Positions 40,435-54,160 of a DNA stretch of 64,000 bases are shown in pieces (positions within the stretch are counted from its first letter, which is position 1; the number at the start of each line of letters is the position of its first letter). The stretch covers positions 1,736,001-1,800,000 of the forward strand of contig JBHGNT010000001.1 in assembly GCA_043228905.1 (NCBI GenBank). Direction: 5' to 3'. The notes under the pieces are model-generated. The model was not told the origin of the DNA, did no database searches, and saw only the letters and a program-made list of their open reading frames with translations. The position numbers and the translations under genes are program-made. The stretch is from Azolla caroliniana (taxonomy: Eukaryota; Plantae; Polypodiophyta).

Positions 40435-41990
40435 CATCAGCTACAACACTATGCTTCTTTCCATAGAGATTGTGCAACTAATGAAGCCAATCTATATTGC
40501 AACTCCTCCATCCATCACAAAATCTAATTTCATTTAGTATGTACAACCAATTCTCCCATGTTGCCACATGATTTCAACATACCAAAAAATGTTATCGTAT
40601 TAGGTAAGAGGAAGCCTTTGCACAAGCATTTGAGGATAAAATTGTATAGCATCCTCATTCTTATCTTGCTCAGTATAGCCCAATAACATGGCAGTCCCTT
40701 GTACCACATCTCCAACCAACAATAATTAATCAAAAAGCTCTTGGGCTTCAATTATTGCTTAGCAAAAGCAAGCATAGTAGTGACTGTTGATGTCGGTTTG
40801 AAGGGCTTGAATAATCCAAAATGAATGTTTAAATAATCTCGGAATGCCTTAGCACATCAACTACAATGTTATGCTTTCTGTAGAGGTTGTGCAACTATTG
40901 AAGCCAATCTATACCACAACTCCTCCATCCATAACAAAATCCAATTTCATTTTAGTATGTACAATCAATTCTCCCATGTCGCCACATGCTTTCAACGTAC
41001 CAAAAAATGTTATCATATTAGGTAAGAGGAAGCCTTGCACAAGCATTTTGACAGGAACTAGACGCTCCGATGAACACCGCTCGGCCACAACCGAGCTTAG
41101 AATCAAACACAAAAAACGGGGAATGAATACACACGACACAAAAGGAGAGAAGAGTACACAGGATGTTTAACGTGGAAAACCCTGAGAGGGAAAAACCACG
41201 GGAGTCCACAGATTCCAAACTATCGCTATATCACAATGATTACAATAGTGAGCTCACGGAGGCAACGACCTCGTGCTCACGATCTTCGCCACAAGCGGCG
41301 GTTACAACAGAGGCAACAACCTCTTTCTCTCTCACTCTCTCTCACTCTCTCTCTCTGTACACAGTTACACGCTCAAATCTTGCACAAAACAAGAATGGCA
41401 ACAACAACAACATCAACATATAGAAAGAGTTTGCCCTAAGTCATATTTATACTAATATGACTTTTCGGCTATCTACAAATATAGCCCCGATGGACTCTCA
41501 GAAAACATATTTACGAATATGTCCCTTCATCCGGTGAGCACTCCTCACCGGGCCTGCATCATCCGGCTCTTGCCGGGCACTTGTCATCCGGTTCTCACCG
41601 GGTCTTCCGTTGCCAGGTACTCTTCATCTGGTTCTCACCGGCTCTTGCCGGGTACTACTCATCCGGTTCTCACCAGGTCTTCCGTTGCCAGGTACTCGTC
41701 ATCCAGTTTCAGCCTCGGCCGAGTTTGCTCATCAGTACTGTTCTTCTCACTTCCCATCCGGAGGGACCTGTTTCCTAACACATTTGAGGATAAAATTGTA
41801 TAACATCCTCATTCTTATCATGCTCAGTTTAGCCCAATAACATGGCAATCCCTTGTACCACATCTCCAATCAACAATAATTCACCAAGAAGCTCTCGGGC
41901 ATCAATTATTGTTCAGCAAATGCAAGCATTAACAATTATGTTGATTTGAAGGGCTTGAATAATGCAAAATGAATGCTTTAAATAATCTCG
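40435..41990 (-). pseudogene. tandemly duplicated PPR fragment; second copy split by a solo LTR
   Basis: LPN(T/M)ITFFG(M/T)LK(S/A)CG(N/D)MG in both copies; ~40435-40850 aligns with ~40850-41048 plus 41781-41990. Confidence 0.7.
41049..41780 (-). mobile_element. solo LTR (732 bp), related to the LTRs of the copia at 46166
   Basis: TG...CA termini and 5-bp TSD CATTT. The empty site CACAAGCATTTGAGG survives in the paralogous copy at ~40621. Shares the reverse complement of ACTCCCGTGGTTTTTCCC and GTATAAATATGACTTAGGGC with the copia LTR. Confidence 0.92.
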
Positions 41991-42009
41991 AAATGCATTA
42001 AACAATTGG

Positions 42010-42830
42010 TTGGTCAACGGCTCATAGGTTTCACATCCATTGTTTAGCCCACCCGAATGGATAGTTAGAAGTTGGCATCTCTTTAGACAATGTCATCGCC
42101 TCATCAAAGTGTCCTATCTGACAGAAAAGATGAACCCTACATGTGTAGTGTTGAATGTCAGGTGTGATCCCATACCTTTTTGTAAAGAATCACGAGATGG
42201 ATTCTGTGCAGCGGAATAGATATGAACTATGTGTGTGTATGAGAGAGAGAGAGAGTGTGTGAGAGAGAGATAAGGAGTAAGACACAGAGAATACGCAAGG
42301 TAAAGTATATTAACAAAGGAGAAAGACTCAACATTATACAAGGTGGGAGGAGGGTGCTTTATATAGTCACCCTCTCTCTTCATTAACTACAAGACTCATG
42401 GAGCATGGGGAATGTGAAAGCTCATAAGTTATGTGTCATAGAATATGATTCTATGACTCATACTAAATGCTAGAATACAAAGTGGTAACATAATGGTGAC
42501 TCTTGACCGTTGGAGTGTCTATTCACTCTCAAGGTGAGTTCACACACTAGACCAAGTTGAGCTTGATTCTCAACACTTTTCTTCATATCGTCAAAATGAT
42601 ATTTACCCTCGTTCACATAGCCTGAATGGCTACATGCATTTAGCACACACAAAAACGTGACCACACCCGGCAAGATTTGACCCTTCAATTACATTTTCTT
42701 TAATGAATCTAGTGCTTTTTCAGCATGACCCTTTTCAGCATATCCCGATATCAAAGCATTCCAAGAGACTACATCTCGAACTGAAAGATCATTGATAGTT
42801 TTTTGTGCTTTTTCAAGCTTGCCACATATT
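42010..42830 (-). pseudogene. PPR pseudogene 3' part, interrupted by a solo LTR
   Basis: RDVVSWNALISGYAEKGH and PGVVTFLCVLNACSHSGYVNEG; contains stops. Confidence 0.8.
42181..42575 (-). mobile_element. solo LTR (395 bp), same family as the LTR at 60288
   Basis: TGTA...CAACA termini with TSD CTTTT; strong similarity to 60288-60715 (GTGCTTTATATAGTCAC...GAGCTTGATTCTCAACA). Confidence 0.9.
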
Positions 42831-43659
42831 TTAATTAAGCTAATCGAAGTGTTTGTTAAGTCTAGTATGCATTGTCACACATTGAGATCTTATCGTCATC
42901 TTACCTTTCATGCTTACGAATATTCATTCCAAAAATTGCAACCCTCTCCCTTTAGCCCAATTGTGGATGTTCATGGCCAAAATCAAACATGATCGACAAT
43001 ACTTGACTATTTCCTTTTCAAGGGTAAACAAAAAATCAAACTATCCACTCAATGAGGACCCCATGAAGCGCTCGACAATCACACCTTATCATGCCAATGG
43101 CCTTCACATGGATGAAGCAAAGCTCATAGAGTACCTAGGCCAACACCCCCATGTTATCAATCTATTTGAGATCAATGTGCTTCAACTGGCCACATAGTAA
43201 TGATGGTCATTGCCTCCAACACAAACACAACCACCCTCTTACTCTTGAACCTTGGAGTAGCAATCGACTCCCCAAGTTAGCTTCTCCCATAAATCAATTG
43301 GGACTCCCTTGTATAGATCACTAAGGACCATGATGCCCTTGACCATGAAATGCAAAAGTTGAGCCATGTGTAGGTCATCGAACTAGAGGAAATCAACTAG
43401 GTTTTCGTGGGAAAACCATGCTTTATTGAACATTCCAATCGCCGAAGGCTTTTCCTCACCTTTATGGTTATAGTTCCTAGACCCAAAAATGTTTTCACAT
43501 GGTCATGCAATGGTATGCATGGATTGAATTTGAGATTTGATGAACATAAGTTGTAGCTCAAAATTAATGGAACACTAGTTCATTATTGAAGCCACTAGCT
43601 TTGCATTTGCAAAATGAATGCAAAACATTTAGATTTTGTGACCCTTGTGATGAATTTGA

Positions 43660-43880
43660 AATTAACAAAATTGCCCCCTCCCACATCAAGAAGAGATTGA
43701 TAAGCACTTATGTGTGTTTTATTTAGCTCATTAAAAGCACCTAGTCTCTTAACCCAATCGTGACTGCACCAAAGAAGAATAAGAAACTCCAAGTATATGC
43801 CAAATGTCAATTCTTTTTCTCTTCCTTTCACCAATTACATGCTCAATATGGTTGTTGAACATGAAATATGTGATCTTTGC
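43660..43880 (+). mobile_element. degenerate Ty3/gypsy RT remnant
   Basis: EEIDK, PIVTAPKKNKKLQV and FSLPFTNYMLNMVVEHE resemble gypsy RT motifs PIVVVPKKNGKLRVC and FPLPFTDxMLDxVxGH. Confidence 0.6.
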
Positions 43881-44229
43881 ATAAATCAATTATTGTGATG
43901 TGAGTGATGATGTATGGGCCTTCACCTCTAAGATTTTTTTTTTTCATGTTGCTTGGATGAGAGCATAACCGCCATAACAACTTCATCTAGATACTTGACC
44001 TTGATTTTGTTGTAACTTGTAATGCCACATTTTTTTATGGGGTTTCTCCATAAAAAAGGTTTGGAACTTTAGCAAGTGTAGCTTAATGTGCTATTCCATG
44101 GTTTTGAATCAAGGGATTAGGGAGTTTCCCTCTCACTTTTGTACATGCCTTAGCCTTAGCTCACTTCATGGAATAATTAGTGGCAATGTTTATATCTTAT
44201 TTTTTGTTTGAAGTTGTGGACCGTGGTCC

Positions 44230-44480
44230 AACGAAGCCGATTCCCCAATGTTTGAATGATTTCTAGAAAACTACTAGTTAATGGGGGGTTAAAGTTTGTC
44301 TTGAATGGGACACTCTTCACATTGTTTGATGCACTTGCAAGTGTGCATAAAGAGTTTAACCACCATAGTAGTGTTTTCCTTGAGGTGGAACTAGCACTAA
44401 AATGCCCACTCCCACAATGTGCTTGATTAATCGTTGTATGCTTGCCCCCAATAATAACATGTTTGTTCAGCATCATGGTG
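44230..44480 (-). mobile_element. degenerate gypsy integrase zinc-binding remnant
   Basis: AHCGSGHFSASSTSRKTL resembles the HHCC integrase N-terminus. Confidence 0.45.
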
Positions 44481-46165
44481 TAGCATCCACATAGGGTACT
44501 ATATTTGCCTCTTTTCTAAAGCTTTCCTCTTATCATTGTGAAAGTTTTGCATCATTTTAAAAATGGAGATACTTCCTCTCGAATTTTTGTAAAGAGAGTA
44601 GCCCTTCCAATTGTACTTGAGGGTGGAATAGGACACAATCAACCAATCTTCATCACAACACTTAGTACCAATCGGGCACAACACATCTATAGTGGTACAT
44701 CCATGAATCTAGTTTTTTTTATCTTTTTCAAAAAAACATATTCTTCCATTAGTTTTAAAAAGCATATCAGCTACAAAATACAAATTGATGGAAAGGAAGC
44801 GATTATCCATCCCAAGCCTGTCTTGTGTAAGACAATGGGTAGCCATGAATCCATCATTTGATAGACTTGATTGAGCACTTCATCAAATTTCCCATTCTCA
44901 TCATATCCTGCAATCAAATCATTCCAAGATACCTATTCTTGGACTGAAAGCTTGTTAAATACTACCATGAATTTGCATATGCTCAAAGATCCCCTATACA
45001 TGTAACCAATGTCTTTATTGCCATCATTCTATTTAAATACTTGATGCTAGTCTTTATGATGATAACAATCCTGCAAAACTGTATTTTTACTGGATAATTT
45101 CATGACATGGGTGCAAGACTTTGGCTCCATCCCAAATAGGTTGATTGTTTGCCTAGTGTGCAAAGCATGTTGTTTCTTGTTTTCTTTATCATGTTGGACG
45201 GTTTGCCTAGTGTGAGTTATAGTGTCTTTTCAATTTCCCTTTTGTCTGATTGACTTACATTTTGCACTGCAATTTTTTATCTCACTACAACAACGGGTAC
45301 ATGAACTCAGTTGTATAGGTGAAATGTTGGATCTAGATTTGGTGAAGACATTGGTCCCGAGAAATCACAATGCATATTCAAGCATCATCTATTGGATGGT
45401 TTCTTTACCTTAATCAACATCGGCTTTTCACCCAAATGGCCCACACATGCCAAAATGACCATGTTTCATCAACCCTAACATTGTTTTCTTTTGGGAAAGG
45501 ACTAAGCCCAACTTCCTCTAGACAGTTCTAAAATTTGCTCATAATCAACAAAATGATCTCCTATAGTTTTCTAGCATTCGTTTTTTCTTCTAGTTTTCCC
45601 TCAATTGATGGAGTGACACACGTAATATTGATCATCATGCAAGTTAACTCACATTGTGTCCACTTCCAAATGGGTCACCCATCTAAATTCATATGATTTC
45701 TTCCATTTGTCAGATGGGTCTGCATCCCAGCAATGGAAATAGGTCCATCTAATGGAAGTAGGATTTGTCCCCAAATTTTACGTTATATTATGTTTTCCAT
45801 CCCTTTATCTGGCTGTCAAAACAATATTTACGATACCAAGAAAAGGACCTTTTTCCAATCCTTCTTATGTAATCACCAAAGCATTGTTAAGCAAGATATC
45901 TTCCTCCTTGAAGAGACCTTTATTTATCTCTCATCATGAATCTTTTCCACTTTTACACTAAATGCAATGTTTCCAAAAGCCTTCAGAATGCAAATATAAG
46001 TGATCCTATGTGGTGAGCGAGCCTCACTTTGAATCTTCTGGAAACTGTTCATTGCTTCGTAACCTTTATGTGTTGAGCATACCTAATAATGAGTGATTCG
46101 AAGAGTATAGAGTCCTAAGAAGAAGTTCACTCTGCACTTTTTGTGCTTTTTCAAGCATACCACAA

Positions 46166-49100
46166 TGTTGGGATTACGGTCCCTCCGGATGGGATGGTCA
46201 GATGTCCGGGAATCGGGAATGAAGACCCGAATGAGGAGTACCCGGTTTCGGATCCGGATGATGAAGACCCGGTTTCGGATCCGGATGATGAAGACTCCGG
46301 CTACGGAGCCGGATGACGAATGTACCCGGAGAGAGATCCGGATGTGGGGACATATTTGTGAATATGTTTGCCAAGGGCCCTCTAGGCTATATTTGTAAAT
46401 AGCCCGAAAGTCATATGTGTATAAATATGACTTAGGGCAAACAGTTTTGTTGTTGTTGCTCATTTTTCTGTTTTCCACTTAGAGGGAGCGAAGTGATAGC
46501 AGCTGAGAGAGAGAGAGAGAGAGAGAGAAAGGAAGAGGTCGACGCCTCTGTGTAATACCGTCGCCTGTGGCGAGGACAGCGAGCTCAAGGTCGTCGCCTT
46601 GCAGCTCGCCATTGTACATTCCCTGCGTATAGAGATAGTTGGAGTCTTGCACTCCCGTGGTTTTTCCCGTCTAGGGTTTTCCACGCTAAACCCTGTGCAT
46701 TCGAGTCTCTCTCTGTGTTTTCGATTTACTGCTGCATTGACTCGTGTGTCCTCGGTTGTGGCCGAGAGGTGAAGGTTGAAAGCGTCAATTTCTAACAATT
46801 TGGTATCAGAGCGACTGCAGTGCAGAAAATGGAAGGCGGCAGCAGCGGGCAGCCGGGGATGATGGTGCTGAATGCGCAGAACTACGCCGACTGGAAGATA
46901 AAGATGGAGGATCTGCTCATTGTTCGGGACCTGTATGAACCGATCGACAGGTCGGAAATACCCAAGGGGGTACTTGAGACGGAATGGAGGCTTCTGAACC
47001 GGAAAGCCGTTGCAACCATTCGGCAATACGTCGACGTGAGCGTTCTACAACATGTGGCGAATGACACCAACGCATATGAGATGTGGCAGAAGCTGTCGGG
47101 CCTCTACGAGAGGAAGAATGCGTTGAACCGGACCTCCCTGATGAGGAAGATAGTGAACCTCAAGTACCGGGACGGCGAGAGTATGGTGGAACACGTAAGC
47201 ACGTTCATGGGATTTGTGAACCAGCTTGCGGCGATCAAGTTCCCGTTGGAGGATGCAATGCAAGCCATCATGCTGATGTGTACATTGCCGGAAAGCTGGG
47301 AGAACTTGGTGGTGACTCTCAGCACCTCCTGCACCGAAGATAACTTGTCCCTCCAAACGGTAAAGACAAGCATTTTGAACGAAGAAGCGCGTCGGAGAGA
47401 TAAAGAACCGGCCTCCGATCCGAAGATGCTGCTTACCGAATCGGATCGGGGAAGACAACGGAACCGGAGTCCGTAAAGACGGGAGAAGTCGGGGACCCGG
47501 TCGCAGTCAAGAGGAAGGCCCGCATGCTTCCACTGTGGGAAGCCGGGGCACTTCCGAAAGAATTGTCGGCATTACCGAAAAGACAACGGAGCCGACGACA
47601 CCGATTCGAAGAAGTCTTCGGAACGGAACGGTGCTTACCGGGGAGCCACGGACCGGAATGGTTCGGATCGGCGAGGGCAGGACCGGAAAGGAACGACGGC
47701 ACTCGCGACAAGTGAAGAGGAGATCATGCTCATCACCGAAGAAGGTGAACTAAACATTGCCGGCGATGAGACTACCTGGGTGGTCGATTCTGGAGCGTCG
47801 TTCCACCTGACCCCGGAAAGAAGATACTTCTCATCCTACACAGCCGGTGAGCATGGCTGTGTTCGGATGGGAAATGAAGGTACGTGCCGGATTGCCGGCA
47901 TAGGAGACGTGTGGTTGACAACCTCGACCGGATGCAAAATGTTGCTGAAGGATGTCCGACACGTTCCGGAGGTTCGATTGAACCTGATTTCGGCCGGGAG
48001 GCTAGACGATGAAGGCTACACAGGTAGCATCCGGAACTGCGTAATGAAGTTCAGCAAGGGGAGCCTGATAGTGGCTCGAGCCCGGAAAGTCAACACACTG
48101 TACCTTATGAATGCCTGGTTGTGTCCGGAGGAGTTGAACGTGGCAACCGACACTGCCGGTGAGCTGTGGCACAAGAGACTGTGCCACATGAGTGAGAAGG
48201 GGATGAAGAGGCTTGCAGAAGACAACCTTATTCCAGTGAAGCATGTGCACCTGGAGAAGTGCACTGATTGCCTGGCCGGTAAGCAGAACCGAACCTCCTT
48301 CCACTCAAGGCCACCGACGAGACGTAGCGCACCATTGGAGTTGGTGCACACTGACGTGTGTCAAGTAGAAACGAAGTCACATGGCGGAGCCCAGTACTTC
48401 GTGACATTCATTGATGACCACAGCCGGAAGCTGTGGACGGCACCGTTGAAGACAAAGGACCGAGTGTTGTGCGTCTTCAAAGAACTCCACGCGAGAGTGG
48501 AAAGGGAATCCGGCAAGAAGCTGAAAGCGATACGAGCGGATAACGGAGGGGAATACCGGGGGCAGTTCAAGGAGTACTGTCGCTCGAAGGGAATCCGGCT
48601 CGAGTTTACTGTGCCGAAGACGTCGGAACTGAACGGGCTGGCCGAGAGGATGAACCGGACCATAATGGAGAGGGTCCGGAGTATGCTGGCGCATGCGAAA
48701 TTACCCAAGGGGTTTTGGGCTGAGGCAATGTCGACGGCGACATACGTGATAAACAGATCACCCTCAGTACCTTTGGACGGAGACACGCCGCAGAGAGTGT
48801 GGACCGGAAGGGAAGTATCCTACCAGCATCTGAAGGTGTTCGGGTGTCTCGCATATGTGCATGTGGCAAAGGACCGGAGAGGAAAGCTAGATCCAAAGAT
48901 CCGGCCATGCATATTCCTCGGTTACGGCGATGACGAGTTCGGCTACCGAGTATGGGACCCGGTCGACAAAAAGATATTCCGGAGTCGTGATATCATCTTC
49001 ATGGAGGACAAGACACTCGCCGACTGGGAGTCGGAGAAGAAGATGAAGAGCTCCAAGTCGACCGGTGAGGATAAACTCTACGAGGAGCAGTCCCGACCGG

Positions 49101-51487
49101 CAAGGGACCGGTTAGCACTCGAGGATCCGGCCGAAGATGGTGAAGAAACAGAACCGGCCGAGGAAGATGAAACTGATACCGGAACCGGCCCCGATCCCGA
49201 AATGGATTCGAATGAAGAGGAAACGGAGGAGCCGGTTACCGAAGCTCCGGAACGGAGATATCCTCTAAGAGAGAGAAGGGCCCCCCGGAGATTTCCGGAA
49301 CCAGAGCACGTGCTGCTAACCGACGAGGGGGAGCCGGAGAGTTTTGAAGAAGCAAAGCTTGACACCCATAGCCGCAGGTGGTTAAGTGCCATGCAGGAGG
49401 AGATGGATTCCCTGCATGAGAACCACACATATGAACTTGTGGAGTTGCCGAAAGGAAAGCGGGCACTTCGAAACAAGTGGGTGTTCAAGCTGAAACCGGG
49501 AGATGCCGGAAACCCCTCGAGATACAAAGCCAGGATCGTGGTGAAGGGGTTCCAGCAGAAGAAGGGCGTCGACTTCGACGAGATATTTGCCCCGGTAGTG
49601 AAGATGACCTCCATCCGGACGGTGCTGAGCATAGCGGCAAGCATGGACCTCGAGGTAGAACAGATGGACGTGAAGACGGCATTCCTTCACGGTGACCTCG
49701 AAGAAGAGATCTACATGCAGCAACCGGAAGGATTCGAGAAGAAAGGGAAGGAGCACCTGGTATGCCCGTTGAAGAAGAGCCTTTACGGACTGAAGCAGGC
49801 TCCCCGGCAATGGTACCGGAAGTTCGACTCTTTCATGACCGACGAAGGGTACCACAAAACGCAGTCCGATCACTGCGTGTTTGTGAAGAAGTTCGAAGGA
49901 GGAGACTTTCTAATACTCCTCCTGTACGTGGACGACATGTTGATCGTCGGACGGGACCAGGTCAAGATACGGATGCTGAAGAAAGCGCTTCACCGAACCT
50001 TCTCAATGAAGGACCTGGGTCCGGCGAGGCAAATACTAGGGATGCACATCATCCGGGACCGGAAGAAGAAGCAGTTGTGGCTGTCACAGGAGAAGTACGT
50101 GACAAAGGTGCTTCACCGGTTCAACATGTCGGAAGCAAGACCGGTCGGGTCAACCCTCCCGGCAAACTGCAAGTTGTCCAGCAAGCAAAGCCCCAAGACA
50201 AAGGCTGAGAAGGAGGACATGATGAAAGTACCATATGCCTCTGCCGTCGGAAGCTTGATGTACGCAATGGTGTGTACAAGACCGGACATAGGATATGCAG
50301 TCGGAGTGGTGAGCCGGTACATGAGCAATCCCGGCAAAGAGCACTGGAACGCGGCCAAGTGGATACTCCGATACCTGAAGGGCACGACAAACGTGTGCCT
50401 CCGATTCGGCTCCGGTAAGCCCGAACTCGACGGCTTTACCGATTCGGATATGTCGGCTGATGCAGATACCAGCCGGTCCACATCAGGGTATGTGATGATG
50501 TATGCAGGGGGAGCTGTTTCGTGGCAGTCGAGGCTGCAGAAGACGGTTGCGTTGTCAACCACGGAGGCGGAGTACATGGCGGCTGTTGAAGCCGGCAAGG
50601 AAATAATATGGATGAAGGACTTCATTAGAGAGCTCGGTATCCGGCAGGAGGAGTACCGACTCTACTGCGACAGTCAGAGTGCCATCCACCTTGCGAAGAA
50701 TGCGGCCTATCACTCCCGGACAAAGCACATCCAGCGAAGATATCACTGGATCCGGGAAAGGATAGAAGACCAGGAGTTCGTGCTGACGAAGATCCACATG
50801 GACGAGAACGGGTCAGATATGCTGACCAAAGTGCTCACACCCGACAAGCTGGAAGCGTGCCGGAAGAGGGTCGGACTGGAAAGACATCCCATGCCGAAGT
50901 GAAGGGGGAGTTTGTTGGGATTACGGTCCCTCCGGATGGGATGGTCAGATGTCCGGGAATCGGGAATGAAGACCCGAATGAGGAGTACCCGGTATCGGAA
51001 CCGGATGATGAAGACCCGGTTTCGGATCCGGATGCGGGGACATATTTGTGAATATGTTTGCCAAGGGCCCTCTAGGCTATATTTGTAAATAGCCCGAAAG
51101 TCATATGTGTATAAATATGACTTAGGGCAAACAGTTTTGTTGTTGTTGCTCATTTTTCTGTTTTCCACTTAGAGGGAGCGAAGTGAGAGCAGCCGAGAGA
51201 GAGAGTGAGAGAGAGAGAAAGGAAGAGGTCGACGCCTCTGTGTAATACCGCCGCCTGTGGCGAGGACAACGAGCTCAAGGTCGTCGCCTTGCAGCTCGCC
51301 ATTGTACATTCCCTGCGTATAGAGATAGTTGGAGTCTTGCACTCCCGTGGTTTTTCCCGTCTAGGGTTTTCCACGCTAAACCCTGTGCATTCGAGTCTCT
51401 CTCTGTGTTTTCGATTTACTGCTGCATTGACTCGTGTGTCCTCGGTTGTGGCCGAGAGGTGAAGGTTGAAAGCGTCAATTTCTAACA
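46166..51487 (+). mobile_element. full-length Ty1/copia LTR retrotransposon
   Basis: 5' LTR 46166-46797 and 3' LTR 50913-51487 (TG...CA), TSD CACAA, tRNA-iMet PBS TGGTATCAGAGC at 46801, PPT GAAGGGGGAG at 50901, domain order gag-PR-IN-RT-RH. Confidence 0.98.
46829..50902 (+). CDS. copia Gag-Pol polyprotein with one in-frame TAA at 47474-47476
   Basis: Gag (NYADWKIKMEDLL), zinc knuckle CFHCGKPGHFRKNC, protease WVVDSGAS, integrase (HKRLCH...C..C, LVHTD, NGLAER), RT YVDD, RNase H (ALSTTEAEY, TKHI). The ORFs at 46820 and 47726 share a frame. Confidence 0.95.
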
Positions 51488-53789
51488 CACAATTCACATA
51501 CATATCTACCCACACCTTGCCCCACATAACATCCTTCTCACCAATCCCCTTCTAACAATCTGATCATGAACTTGAAATAAACACAAACCTTATCGCATTG
51601 TAAAGTTCAGTATAGCTAGTTATGAGCTAGGTTGTCAAACAATGCACTCCAAGAGACTACAAATGGAAGCGGAACATGGTCCAAAAACCTACTTGAGCAA
51701 CACATAAGGTGGACTAAAATAATCTATTTTATATCATCATAAGCTTGGCCACATTGAATACATCCTGTGTGTGTTGTGAGCATTCCCAACTTCCATAATC
51801 TTTTTCTTTTTTAAAAGAAGATGCACCTTAGTATATTACTTGAAAAGTCTACATAGGAAAAATAGAAGGAGACATTTCATCTCACTTCTTTTTGTAAGAT
51901 ACAAAAGCTAGTACATCTGATCAAACAGATGATGTCATATATGAACAAGTAGAACAGTACTTACTATCCACTATCCAACATAAAAGAAGGTATGGCATAA
52001 TTCCACTTTGGACCAGCAGTTGTCTCTGAAAATAATTGGAGTCCTTGCCATCGGTTCTTAAAAGCCACTTGTCGTTACCACAACACATCATCCGACCAAG
52101 CCTGCCAAGCTCAATATCATTGACTGTTTTTTTTTCTTTCTTTCTTTTTCCTTTTTTTTTCCAAGCTTGCCACATATAACATACATGTCCACCAAAGCAT
52201 TTCCAAGCTCAATATTGTTTGTCTTACTCATGATTTCATTATGACTTTCTATGCCTGTCAACCACTCCTACACTACCACCTGCCTTTAGCAAACTTATAA
52301 AGGTGATTACATCCAAAAAGAGACCATCATTTTGCATTAAATCTAGTTCTTCTTTGATGAGGTGGACCATGTTCTTCTTTAACGCTTGAGCTATTTTCTA
52401 ACTTAGTTGAATTCCCAATCATTATTAGCATTGGAAGCTAGCAACTGTGATTCAAGTTTGGCCATGCCTGGCTAGTCACCCATGAGTGGACTACCTTCTT
52501 GGTTATGCACCTTTTGAATATGGACTTGCGTGTGGTAAGTCTTATTACGTTTTTTGCATGTAAATTACATCATGTCTAGAACCATTGGCAACCAATTGAC
52601 TCGCATGAAAGGTCTTCCTTACAAACAATCATAGGGCACTTTGTTGGTTGACTACATGAACACAAACATAAGGCGGAACTCTGAATTATTAAAAAAGATA
52701 ATCTTAAAATCGCATTATGTATGCATTATTGCTATTAAATATATTTAGCCATGCTTTTTGGGTTGACTAATATATTGATGATTGTTTCAACAAGAATGAA
52801 TTAACCTTTCTAGGATCAACTTGATCATTTGGTTGGACGATATTCTCATGACAACCATACTTTGGATGAGCATCACACTCATGTTCATTTTTTCCTACAA
52901 GCACTTTGAGACAGGTGTTTCTTTGCCAAATTTTGGAAATGCAAACTTTTCAAAAGGTCAATTGTTTATATATGTAATGGATCTAATATGGTATTTTACT
53001 TTAACGCTTTAGATACAGTGCAAATGAAGGGTATTTCATCTTATGTCAATACCTTTGCTTTAGTGTTATAAATATGTGGAAGCACGAGAAGGCTTATAAA
53101 ATCCTATGATTATTTGAGTCATGAGTAAAACCCAACATCATCAATTATCGTTGATCGACTTCCATATTTTGACAATTTTGAACTCAGGCATGAAAATCTC
53201 TCGCAACCAACACTTGTCCGTTAGACATTTTTTTGCCCCTCTATTAACATCTTCAATAGATACGCATGCCATATATGGTGTTTCCATCTCAATTCATAGG
53301 CATTATCGCATCATGCAAATAAAGTTTATGCACATAGTGTTTGATCTCTTCATTGGTGAATTTGCCAATTATATCTTTATTTATGTACATAGTTTTTCGT
53401 CTCTTCATTCATGTTGGCTTTCATTGGAGTGTAAACATTTGTGTTTTCTTCTTCTCTTGCATTTGATAGTATTGGCTCTTCTTCCTCCCCATCATTCTTC
53501 GATATTAGAGCTTTCTAATTTTTATCTTTTGCAAGATTGAACATTTTGAGATGAGCCTTGCATTCCTCATTAAACCAAGCATTGCATGGGAAACCAAGAA
53601 TCCAATGTCTACTGACATGTACGCTAAAATATTGATACCCTTACCTTGCGAATGATATCCTTTGATTTCTCCTAATTGGTTTTCACATCTTTATTGATGG
53701 GGAGGTTCATGACATAATTCTCAACCTCTTTTTCATATAGATGATCTTTGCCATATCGAGGTCGCATAATTTACCTCTTTCCTTTTGTA

Positions 53790-54160
53790 CTCTAATGCAT
53801 TGCTCAAATTGTGAGCTTTTGGTTCAATGCACAAGTGTAAGGGCTTGTGATTTGAGTCAGGTCACAGTCAATACTAAATGTATTCACTATGGATGCATCC
53901 CATTCTTTCATTAATACATAGTCAACTACATTTCCTACTCTTGAGGCTGGAAGACATGTCAAAGCATTTGTCATCGCGAATACATGGGTACCATTGAGAA
54001 TATCCAAGTTTGTGCATTTATGCTGTGTATGAGAAGCCTACCATACTTTGATATAGTACAATCTTTTGACGTTTGACTCATGCATAAACCATTACATTAT
54101 CGTCGACTTCCACATTTTGGTAAGTTCGAACTCTACCATTAAAATCTCCCACAATAAAAT
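53790..54160 (-). mobile_element. degenerate LINE apurinic endonuclease remnant
   Basis: IVGDFNGR, ILNG...TC...VVDYVL and a shifted DHKPL-like motif are typical of APE endonucleases. Confidence 0.6.

Noticed and set aside
46083-51527. Many short overlapping ORFs in and antisense to the copia element
   Set aside because: Shadows of a GC-rich polyprotein frame and of LTR repeats.
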